From NCBI GenBank assembly GCA_046330135.1, contig JAXLTI010000008.1, positions 10,302-74,301 of the forward strand: a stretch of 64,000 nucleotides of DNA, read 5' to 3'. Under the pieces are notes generated by a model that was given only the letters and a program-made list of their open reading frames with translations, was not told where the DNA came from and did no database searches. How positions within the stretch are numbered: position 1 is the first letter of the stretch; each line of letters starts with the position of its first letter. Positions 25,968-33,736 of the stretch are shown piece by piece. Source of the DNA: a bacterium (GTDB lineage Bacteria > ARS69). Made by a program: the position numbers and the translations under genes.

Positions 25968-27082
25968 AGCTGCCCTTCGATCCGGAGCGCGTCGGCGAGA
26001 TGGTGCGGAAGGAGTTCCTCCAGCTGAAGCGCGATCCGCGCTTGCGGCGGATCATCTTCGTGGCGCCGATCATCCAGCTCACGATCTTCGGATACGCCGT
26101 ATCCACCGACGTGAAGCGGACGACGCTCTTCCTCGTGGACCACGATCACAGCCGCGCCTCGCGCGACCTCGTCTCGGCGATGACCGCGTCGGACTACTTC
26201 CGCATCATCGGGCGATCGGATCGTCCGGCGGACCTCGTGGACGCGTTGAATCACGGCCGGGCGACCGTGGCGCTCGAGATCCCCCCGCGCTTCGAGACCG
26301 ATCTCCGGAGCGGAGCGGCGCCGAAGGTGCAGATCCTCGTGGACGGCACCAACTCGAACGTGGCCACGGTGGCGCTGGGCCAGGCGGAGCAGATCTATCA
26401 GGAGTTCGCCGCCCGCGCCACGGGCCTCTCGCCCGCCTCGACCGTGGATCTGCGCGAGCGCGCCTGGTACAACCCGAACCTCGAGAGCCGCAACTACAAC
26501 GTGCCGGCGGTGGTGGGGTCGCTCGTCCTCCTGATCTGCCTGTCGCTCACGTCGCTGGCCGTCGTGCGCGAGCGCGAGATCGGCACGCTGGAGCAGCTCA
26601 TGGTCACGCCGCTCAAGCCGAACGAGCTGATGCTGGGCAAAGCGATCCCGTTCTCGATCATCGGCCTGATCGTCCTCACGATCGTCACCACGATCGCGAT
26701 CCTCTGGTTCCGGATCCCGTTCCGCGGCAACTTCCTGAATCTCCTCCTCGCGAGCATCCTCTACATCCTGTCCGCGCTGGGCATCGGCCTCCTCGTGTCC
26801 ACGATCTCGCGAACACAGCAGGAGGCCTTCATGACGACGTTCCTCTTCTTCATGCCCACGCTCCTCCTCTCCGGGTTCATGTTCCCAGTGACCAGCATGC
26901 CGCGGCCGATCCAGCTCGTGACGCTCGGCAACCCGGTGCGCCACTTCCTGGAGATCGTGCGCGCCATCTTCCTCAAGGGCTCCGGTCTGGACGAGCTGTG
27001 GCCGCAGTACCTCTCCCTCGCGGTGCTCGGCTTCGGCATCCTCCGCTTCGCCGCGAGCCGGTTCCACAAGCGCCTCGACTAG
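25964..27082 (+). CDS. ABC-2 family transporter permease (YbhS/YbhR-like), second
   Basis: Paralogous to the previous gene (MKLPFDPERVGEMVRKEFLQLKRDPRLRR...). The ORF-track ORF 24320..27082 is extended upstream. Confidence 0.8.
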   Translation: MKLPFDPERVGEMVRKEFLQLKRDPRLRRIIFVAPIIQLTIFGYAVSTDVKRTTLFLVDHDHSRASRDLVSAMTASDYFRIIGRSDRPADLVDALNHGRATVALEIPPRFETDLRSGAAPKVQILVDGTNSNVATVALGQAEQIYQEFAARATGLSPASTVDLRERAWYNPNLESRNYNVPAVVGSLVLLICLSLTSLAVVREREIGTLEQLMVTPLKPNELMLGKAIPFSIIGLIVLTIVTTIAILWFRIPFRGNFLNLLLASILYILSALGIGLLVSTISRTQQEAFMTTFLFFMPTLLLSGFMFPVTSMPRPIQLVTLGNPVRHFLEIVRAIFLKGSGLDELWPQYLSLAVLGFGILRFAASRFHKRLD

Positions 27083-27090
27083 AATCCTGC

Positions 27091-27259
27091 GACGCCGGTG
27101 AGTCGTGCCGTGGCCCACTGCTTCCGAACGGCGTCGCGAGCCGCGCTCGGCCATGGATGGCCGAGCGCCTGTCGAGCGCCGAGGTCAAGCGAGGCCATGG
27201 ATGGCCGAGCGCACCGTCCGCTGAGGAAGCAGGGGGCCACGGCACGACTCACCGGCGTC
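27091..27259. repeat. large intergenic inverted repeat (35-bp arms, 34/35 match) enclosing two copies of the near-palindromic GGCCATGGATGGCCGAGCGC
   Basis: Left arm 27091-27125 gacgccggtgagtcgtgccgtggcccactgcttcc. Right arm 27225-27259 is its reverse complement with 1 mismatch. It generates mirrored artefactual ORFs on both strands. It lies immediately after the efflux operon stop. Confidence 0.6.
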
Positions 27260-27314
27260 ACCGTCTTCGGGGTCGGCGCTTGACGATCCGGCTCGTCGGC
27301 TCCACCATTCGCCC

Positions 27315-27848
27315 ATGCCGCCGATCCCTCCGTGGAACGCGATCCATCCGCAGATCGTGCACTTCCCGATCGCGCTCCTCATCACGGCTCCGCTCTTCGT
27401 CCTGCTCGCGCTGATCCTGCCTTCGCGGCGCAGCGCCTTCGCCACCTCCGCGTTGATCCTCATGCTCCTCGGAACGATCGGCGCCGTCGTCGCCGTCGAG
27501 TCGGGAGAGGCCGGCGAGGACAACGCGAAGCGCATCCCCGAAGCCGTCTCCACGTTTCACGAGCATGCTGAGCTGGGCGAGCGCACCCGCAACGTCTTCA
27601 TCGCGCTCACCGTCGTGTTCGGCGCGGTGGTGCTCGCCGGGACCAAGCTCTCCCGCCACGCCGTGCCGATGGTCTACGTGGCGTTCCTCGCGATGTATCT
27701 CGGCGGCCTCACGATCCTCGTGAACACGGCGCATCGAGGCGGGCTTCTCGTGCACCACTTCGGCGCGCGCGCTCCGATTCCGGGTGCGCCGGCACCCGCC
27801 CTGGCCACGCCGCCCGATGCCGAGAAGCCCGACGGCGACGGAGACTGA
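27315..27848 (+). CDS. small integral membrane protein (about 4 TM), hypothetical
   Basis: MPPIPPWNAIHPQIVHFPIALLITAPLFVLLALIL..., hydrophobic helices. No confident family assignment. Confidence 0.5.
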   Translation: MPPIPPWNAIHPQIVHFPIALLITAPLFVLLALILPSRRSAFATSALILMLLGTIGAVVAVESGEAGEDNAKRIPEAVSTFHEHAELGERTRNVFIALTVVFGAVVLAGTKLSRHAVPMVYVAFLAMYLGGLTILVNTAHRGGLLVHHFGARAPIPGAPAPALATPPDAEKPDGDGD

Positions 27849-27854
27849 CGCGAC

Positions 27855-29075
27855 GTGAACGCGTACGCCTCGCGCCTTCGCCCCGCGATCCTCTCGGCGA
27901 TCCTCTTCGCGTTTCTTGCTGCGCCCGCGTCGTCGAAGGCCGCGCCGGCGGCCGCGGCCACGGGTGGCGCCGACGCTCCGAAGACGGCGAGCGTCGCCGG
28001 CGCCAAGCGGGCTGCCGAGGTCGCGAAGCCCGCGGGCGTCCCCGGCGCGGTGCCCGCCCGCAAGCTCGTGGTGGCCACGAAGGTGGTGCCGCCCTTCGCG
28101 TTCAAGAAGGGGGACGGCACGTGGACCGGCATCAGCATCGACCTCTGGAACGAGATCGCGCTGGCCCGTCACTGGGACTACGAATGGAAGGAAGCGCCGA
28201 ACACGAACGCGCTCGTGGACATGGTGGCGAAGGGCGAGGCCGACGTGGGCATCGCGGCGATCACGATGAAGCCCTCGCGCGCGGAGATCGTGGACTTCTC
28301 GAACTCCATGTACAAGTCCGGGCTCGGCATCGCGGTCCGCTCCGAGCCGGCGGGCGCCCTGCAGTCCCTGCGGACGTTCCTCTCGGGAAGCTTCCTCGAG
28401 ATGATCGGCGGCCTCATGGCGATCCTCCTGGTGGTGGGCACCCTCATCTGGCTCTTCGAGCACCGCGTCAACGCCGAGCAGTTCGAGCGGAATCCGCTCC
28501 GCGGCGTCTTCTCCGGCGTCTGGTGGTCCGCGGTCACGATGACCACGGTGGGCTACGGCGACAAGGCGCCGCGCAGCGCGGGCGGGAAGGTCGTGGGGTT
28601 GCTCTGGATGTTCGCGGGCGTGGTGATGATCTCGAGCTTCACCGCGGTCGTGGCCTCCAACCTCACGACGCGCCAGATCGCCTCCACCGTGCGCGGCGAA
28701 GAGGATCTTCCGCACGTTCGCGTGGGCGCGAAGACCGGCGAGGCGCCCTTCGACGTCCTGCACGGCAAGGGGATGCGGCCGGTGGCGTTCGCCAGCATCG
28801 AGGAGGGGCTGAAGGCCCTCGCGAGCAACCAGATCGACGCCTTCGTGCACGACCAGCCCGTGCTCAAGTACGAGCTGCTCGAGAACCCGAGTTTCGGCTC
28901 CGCCCTCGAAGTTCTGCCCGAGGCGATGCAGGAGGAAGAGTACGGCATCGCCGTGACGCCCACGCAGCCGCCGTACCGGAACGTGCTGCGCGAGCAGATC
29001 AACACCGCGCTCCTCGACGTCAAGACGACGGGGAAGCTCAAGGAAATCGAGAACCGGTACCTCGGGAAGAGCTAG
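27855..29075 (+). CDS. prokaryotic ionotropic glutamate-receptor-like ligand-gated K+ channel (GluR0-type)
   Basis: Signal peptide, then a periplasmic solute-binding (SBP-3-like) domain split by a pore module with the K+ selectivity-filter motif TMTTVGYGD, flanked by TM helices. GTG start with GGAGA upstream. Confidence 0.75.
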   Translation: MNAYASRLRPAILSAILFAFLAAPASSKAAPAAAATGGADAPKTASVAGAKRAAEVAKPAGVPGAVPARKLVVATKVVPPFAFKKGDGTWTGISIDLWNEIALARHWDYEWKEAPNTNALVDMVAKGEADVGIAAITMKPSRAEIVDFSNSMYKSGLGIAVRSEPAGALQSLRTFLSGSFLEMIGGLMAILLVVGTLIWLFEHRVNAEQFERNPLRGVFSGVWWSAVTMTTVGYGDKAPRSAGGKVVGLLWMFAGVVMISSFTAVVASNLTTRQIASTVRGEEDLPHVRVGAKTGEAPFDVLHGKGMRPVAFASIEEGLKALASNQIDAFVHDQPVLKYELLENPSFGSALEVLPEAMQEEEYGIAVTPTQPPYRNVLREQINTALLDVKTTGKLKEIENRYLGKS

Positions 29076-30349
29076 CGCGCCGCGATCGCCGAGGCCGGGC
29101 GCGCGCTCGGCCGTTCGGCCGCCTTCGGGGGCTCCGCGCCGCCCCGCGCTTGGGCTGACGCCCCGTCCTTCGCCCGCGACGTCCACCACTCCATCGCCTG
29201 CCCCGGCGTCCACGCGGGCCCGACGTCGCACGCGGAGAGCTTCTTCGAAAGCTCCGCGGCCGAGCGCGGGCGATCGTCCGGGCTCTTCGCGAGGCACGCG
29301 AGGATGACGAGATCCAGCTCGCGCGGGATCGCGTGCGGCGCGCGCCGCGACGGCGCTTCCGGGCGCGAGTGGATGTGGTGGCGCAATTGCTCGGGCGTGG
29401 TCTTCCCCGCGAAGACGGTTTGGCCGGTCAGCAGGAAGTTCGCGACGCACCCCAGCGAGTAAAGGTCCGAGCGGCCGTCGCAGCCGTGGCCCGTCACGAT
29501 CTCGGGCGCGATGTAGGCCGGCGTCCCGCCGATGTCCGTAGTCGGCGCCCCGTCCACCTTCCCCGTCAGGTCCGCCACCATCCCGAAGTCCAGCACCTTC
29601 ACGAAGTCGTGCTGGATGCCCTTGCGGCAGGCGTAGATGTTCGCGGGCTTCAGGTCGCGGTGGACCAGTCCCTCCGAGTGCGCCTCCGCGAGCGAGATGC
29701 AGACCTGCCGGAGGAAATGCACTGCGCGCGCGGGCGCGAGCGGACCGTAGCGCTTGACCAGCGTCTGGAGGTCGAGGCCGTCCAGGTACTCCATGACGTA
29801 GGAGAGGGACCCGTCCTCGGCCACGCCGAAGTCGTAGATCTCGATCGTGTGCGGCGAGGTGAGGCTGGCCATGGCGCGCGCCTCGCGGCGGAAGCGCTGG
29901 ATCGCTTTGCGCGCGGACTCGGGATCGCCGCCGCCGAGGGCCTCGGGGCGGATGAACTTGATCGCGGCCGGCCGCGGGAGGAGCACGTGGCTGGCGCGCC
30001 ACACCTCGCCCATGCCGCCGCGGCCCAGCATCTCGTCCAGCTTCCAGTTTCCGATGCGGCGCGAGTCGGCTAGCTCCTGCTCGAGGCGCGTGCGTGTGCG
30101 GGCGAAGATCTGCGTGGCGATGGCGGCGCCGAGGCCGGCCCCCGCAAGAAGCGCGAAGCCCGCCGCCCCGGGCGAGCCGCCGCGCCGGAAGACGAGGACG
30201 AGCGAGGCGACCGCAGCCGCGGCGGACAGTGCGAGAAGAGCGGTGCCGAAGGGGATCCGCGGAGACATCCGTGCGGGCGCGACCGCCGCCTGCACGGGGG
30301 TCTCGCCGTCCTCCCTCCCGCGCAGGGCCACCGTCCTCCCGTTCGCCAT
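29072..30349 (-). CDS. membrane-anchored Hanks-type Ser/Thr protein kinase (2 N-terminal TM helices)
   Basis: Start MANGRT (ATG 30349, SD GGGAGGGG). Two TM helices, then GRGGMGEVWRA, AIKFI, HRDLKPANI, DFG, APE. Its stop shares CTAG with the convergent GluR0-like gene. The ORF-track 1,171-aa ORF is extended far upstream. Confidence 0.75.
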   Translation of the reverse strand: MANGRTVALRGREDGETPVQAAVAPARMSPRIPFGTALLALSAAAAVASLVLVFRRGGSPGAAGFALLAGAGLGAAIATQIFARTRTRLEQELADSRRIGNWKLDEMLGRGGMGEVWRASHVLLPRPAAIKFIRPEALGGGDPESARKAIQRFRREARAMASLTSPHTIEIYDFGVAEDGSLSYVMEYLDGLDLQTLVKRYGPLAPARAVHFLRQVCISLAEAHSEGLVHRDLKPANIYACRKGIQHDFVKVLDFGMVADLTGKVDGAPTTDIGGTPAYIAPEIVTGHGCDGRSDLYSLGCVANFLLTGQTVFAGKTTPEQLRHHIHSRPEAPSRRAPHAIPRELDLVILACLAKSPDDRPRSAAELSKKLSACDVGPAWTPGQAMEWWTSRAKDGASAQARGGAEPPKAAERPSARPASAIAAR

Positions 30350-30457
30350 CCGCCCCTCCCGGTCCGCCTGCCTGACCAACCTATCGGCTTTCCGGGGGTC
30401 CGATCTCAAGTCTTGGCGCTCACTCGTCGATTCTCCACGGATGAAACGGAGGTGAGC

Positions 30458-31414
30458 GTGCGGCTCGTCGCGTGCCCCCAGTGCCACGCGCAGTACGACG
30501 TCGCGACCGTGAACGCGCCGGAGATCCTGTGCCGCTGCGGCGCTCAGGTCCCGACCGCGGCGCGGCCCGGCGTGGATCTGCCGGTGCAGCGTTGCTCCTC
30601 GTGCGGCGCGGTGGCCCGCGAGGGCGCGCGCAGCTGCGAGTACTGCGGCGCCGAGATCGCGTGGAGCGGCGGGCCGGGGGATCTCGTCTGTCCGGAGTGC
30701 TTCGCCCGCAACGCGGACGATGCGCGCTTCTGCGTGGCCTGCGGGGTGAAGTTCGCCCCGCAGCCGACTATGCAGACCTGCGAAACCGTCCAGTGCGTGC
30801 GCTGCGCCCTCCCGATGCCGGGCCGCAGCATCGGCGACGTGCTCGTGCACGAGTGCCCGCGCTGCAACTCGCTCTGGGTGCCCGGCGATCACCTCGACGC
30901 GCTCGTGCAGAAGGCCGCGGCGGGGCCGCGCGGAACTTCGCCCGAAGCGAAGCCCGGTGACGCGTCGAGCGGCACCGCTTCCGGAGCGCCGCCCGGCACG
31001 GCGAATCCTGGCGCGGCGAAGCCCGGCGCGACGGCGCCGCGCGTCCGCGGCGGCAATCCGCTCGCGGAGTCCGTGGAGTACCGGCGCTGCCCTTCGTGCG
31101 GCCAGCTCATGAACCGCGCGAACTTCCGGCGCATCTCGGGCGTGGTGATCGACCGCTGCCCAGATCACGGCACGTGGCTGGACGCCGACGAGCTGGAGGA
31201 GATCGCGGGGTTCGTCGCTTCCGGCGGGCTCGAGCGCGCGGCGGAGCAGGAGGCGAGGGAAGCGGCGCACCTCGCCCGGAAGACGGCGTCCTCGGGCCAC
31301 GTCGAGACCGAGTTCCAGAGGATCCTGGCGGAAGAGCGAAAGCACGGCGACGCGTGGGAGCGACTGAGCCAAATCGTCGGGCGGCTGACGGCGCGCCCGG
31401 AACGTCCGTTCTGA
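30458..31414 (+). CDS. zinc-ribbon domain protein with C-terminal TFIIB-type zinc finger (partner of SPFH protein)
   Basis: Multiple CxxC pairs (CPQC...CRC, CSSC...CEYC, CPEC...CVAC) and a C-terminal CPSCGQLMNRANFRRISGVVIDRCPDHGTWLDADELEEI. GTG at 30458 follows GGAGG. The ORF-track TTG at 30413 has low-GC3 codons. Confidence 0.65.
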   Translation: MRLVACPQCHAQYDVATVNAPEILCRCGAQVPTAARPGVDLPVQRCSSCGAVAREGARSCEYCGAEIAWSGGPGDLVCPECFARNADDARFCVACGVKFAPQPTMQTCETVQCVRCALPMPGRSIGDVLVHECPRCNSLWVPGDHLDALVQKAAAGPRGTSPEAKPGDASSGTASGAPPGTANPGAAKPGATAPRVRGGNPLAESVEYRRCPSCGQLMNRANFRRISGVVIDRCPDHGTWLDADELEEIAGFVASGGLERAAEQEAREAAHLARKTASSGHVETEFQRILAEERKHGDAWERLSQIVGRLTARPERPF

Positions 31415-31444
31415 GAAAGACCTGAGAGAGACCAGGAGGTCATC

Positions 31445-32557
31445 GTGGGAATCTTCGAGAAGCTGCGCTCCGAGCTCGTCGACGTCATCGAGTGGCTGGA
31501 CGACGACCGCCACACGCTCGTGTGGCGCTTCCCGCGCTACCACAGCCAGATCAAGAACGGCGCGAAGCTCGTGGTGCGACCGGCGCAGATGGCGATCTTC
31601 GTCCTCCAGGGCAAGGTGGCCGACATCTTCAGCCCCGGCACGTACACGCTCGAGACGGCGAACCTCCCGATCCTGAGCACGCTCGCCGCCTGGCCGTACG
31701 GCTTCGACAGCCCGTTCAAGGCCGACGTGTACTTCGTCACGACGCGCCAGGTGACCGACCTCAAGTGGGGCACGCCGAACCCCGTGATCCTGCGCGACCC
31801 GGCGTTCGGCCCGATCCGCGTGCGCGCGTTCGGCACGTTCACGCTGAAGGCCACCGATCCGAAGGCGCTCCTCACCGAGCTCGTCGGCACCGACCAGCGA
31901 GTGGATGCGGACGAGATCGGCGAGCTGATGCGCTCCGCGATCTGCTCGTGCTTCGCGGACCTCGTGGCCACGTCGCAGATCAGCGTGGTGGATCTCTCGT
32001 CGAACTACGCGTCGCTCTCCGAGAGCCTGCGGGCGATGGTGGTCGAGCGGATCGGCGCGGAGTTCGGCGTCGACGTCCCGCAGTTCTACATCGTGAACAT
32101 CTCGCTGCCCGAGGAGGTCGAGCGGGCGCTCGATGCGCGCACCAGCCTCAACGTGATCGGCGACATGGTGCAGTTCCAGCAGTACCAGCTCGGGAAGTCC
32201 ATCCCCGCGGCGGCCGCGAATCCGGCGGGCGGGCTCGCGGGCGCCGGCGTGGGACTCGGCATGGGCGTGGCCATCGCGAGCCGCTTCCAGCCGTCCGTGG
32301 TGGCCACGGCTCCTGCACCCGCCCCGGCTCCTGCCCCCGCGCCGGCGCCGGCAGCTCCCGTGAGCTGGTTCGTGGCGGAGGGCGGGCGACCCATCGGTCC
32401 TCTCACGCGCGATCAGCTGGCGGAGTCCGTCGCCACCGGGAGGGTGAGCCCGACCAGCTTGGTGTGGAGCGAAGGCATGTCGGCCTGGACCGCGGCGGGC
32501 AGCATTCCGGCCCTCGCGTCGATCTTCACGCCGTCGCCGCCACCGCTGCCGCGCTGA
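31445..32557 (+). CDS. SPFH/band-7-like domain protein with (AP)n linker and C-terminal GYF-like (DUF4339-type) domain
   Basis: GTG with AGGAGG SD. The N-terminal ~250 aa resemble the SPFH 'virion-core-like' family commonly paired with a zinc-ribbon protein. APAPAPAPAPAPAP linker. C-terminal WFVAEGGRPIGPLTRDQLAESVATGRVSPTSLVWSEGMSAWTAA. Confidence 0.65.
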   Translation: MGIFEKLRSELVDVIEWLDDDRHTLVWRFPRYHSQIKNGAKLVVRPAQMAIFVLQGKVADIFSPGTYTLETANLPILSTLAAWPYGFDSPFKADVYFVTTRQVTDLKWGTPNPVILRDPAFGPIRVRAFGTFTLKATDPKALLTELVGTDQRVDADEIGELMRSAICSCFADLVATSQISVVDLSSNYASLSESLRAMVVERIGAEFGVDVPQFYIVNISLPEEVERALDARTSLNVIGDMVQFQQYQLGKSIPAAAANPAGGLAGAGVGLGMGVAIASRFQPSVVATAPAPAPAPAPAPAPAAPVSWFVAEGGRPIGPLTRDQLAESVATGRVSPTSLVWSEGMSAWTAAGSIPALASIFTPSPPPLPR

Positions 32558-32649
32558 CGGTCGGATTCCACCCCGTCGCCGACGCATCGCGGGGCGCGGC
32601 CTTCCCCTCCGCCTTCCGGACGCGGCGGGGCTCGACTCGGGCTGGTGGA

Positions 32650-33732
32650 GTGGGCGAGAATCTCGTCGTGCTCCGCCGGCCCGCTTCCTTCCTGGACCTC
32701 ACCCTCGCTCTCGCCGCCGTGGCGGTCGGGCTGCTGCACGCCCGCCCCGCGCTCTCTTCGCCGGCCGTGCCCGCGAAGGACGTCGATCCGTACGCCAGGG
32801 TCCGCGGCGTCATGGTCTCCTGCCCGCGCGCCGGGCTCGAGTGGGGCTCGGACGACATGGTGCACACGCTCGGGATCCTGCACGACCTCGGCGTGAACTG
32901 GGTCTCGATCCACCCCTACGGCGGGCTCGCGGACGACGGCACCGTCGGCCACTCGCGCATCGACCGCCTCTATGACGACCCGTCCTGGCTCCAGCGCGCG
33001 ATCCGCGAAGCGCACGCGAAGGGGCTGAAGATCGCGATCACGCCGCACCTCGCGTACTGGCGCACGCGCTTCTCCTATCGTTCCGAGATCTGCTTCGACG
33101 ACGACGCGTCCTGGCGCCGCTTCTTCGACACGTATCAGGAGTTCATCGTGAAGATCGCGGATCTGTCGAAGGACGCCGACGCGCTCGTCGTGGGCAGCGA
33201 GCTGGACGGCACCATCCAGCACGACGCCGAGTGGCGCCACGTGATCGCGGCGGTCCGCGGCACGTTCCATGGCCCCATCACCTACGCGTCGGGCTGGGAC
33301 GCGTACCAGCGCGTGAAGTTCTGGGACGCCCTCGACGTGGTCTGCGTGGACGGCTATTTCCCGCTCGTGGATCACGACGGCATGCCCACCGACGCCGAGC
33401 TGCAGCGCGGCTGGGCGAACGTGGCCGCCGAGCTGGACGCGTTCGGGAAGCGCACCGGCCGCCACGTGGTCCTGGGCGAGCTGGGCTACAACCGGTCCAT
33501 GCAGGCCGCCGTGCGCCCCTGGGACTACCGCGAGGACGACGATCCGCGCGCCGAGCAGCTCCAGACCCGCTGCCTCGACACGGCGCTTCACGCGATCGCG
33601 AAGAGCGACACGGTGGTGGGCGCCTTCCTCTGGAAGTGGCTGCCGGGCGAGGACCCGGACGACAACTTCCTCGCGTCCACGCCGGCGATGCAGAAGGTCA
33701 TCGCGAAGAACTGGGGAGCGCGCTCGCCCTGA
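32650..33732 (+). CDS. putative secreted TIM-barrel glycoside hydrolase (GH5/GH113-like)
   Basis: GTG start is uncertain (alternative at 32665). Signal-like LVVLRRPASFLDLTLALAAVAVGLLHARPALS. ...VNWVSIHPYGG...AHAKGLKIAITPHL...VVLGELGY... is typical of a (beta/alpha)8 hydrolase. The ORF-track ORF is extended upstream to 31492. Confidence 0.5.
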   Translation: MGENLVVLRRPASFLDLTLALAAVAVGLLHARPALSSPAVPAKDVDPYARVRGVMVSCPRAGLEWGSDDMVHTLGILHDLGVNWVSIHPYGGLADDGTVGHSRIDRLYDDPSWLQRAIREAHAKGLKIAITPHLAYWRTRFSYRSEICFDDDASWRRFFDTYQEFIVKIADLSKDADALVVGSELDGTIQHDAEWRHVIAAVRGTFHGPITYASGWDAYQRVKFWDALDVVCVDGYFPLVDHDGMPTDAELQRGWANVAAELDAFGKRTGRHVVLGELGYNRSMQAAVRPWDYREDDDPRAEQLQTRCLDTALHAIAKSDTVVGAFLWKWLPGEDPDDNFLASTPAMQKVIAKNWGARSP

Positions 33733-33736
33733 GCAC

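Noticed and set aside
27079-27283. Mirrored 60/61-aa ORFs on both strands (MTPVSRAVAPCF... and MSRAVAHCFRTASRAALGHGWPSA...)
   Set aside because: Artefacts of the 169-bp palindromic element. Both strands read similarly because the DNA is self-complementary.
27258-30002. 914-aa minus ORF
   Set aside because: Antisense to the GluR0-like gene and others, with an Arg/Gly-rich translation. The real minus-strand gene here is only the kinase, 29072..30349.
30350-32587. Upstream 746 codons of ORF-track 29072..32587 (-)
   Set aside because: Antisense to the zinc-ribbon and SPFH genes. Kinase homology and the TM helices start at MANGRT (30349), which has a good SD.
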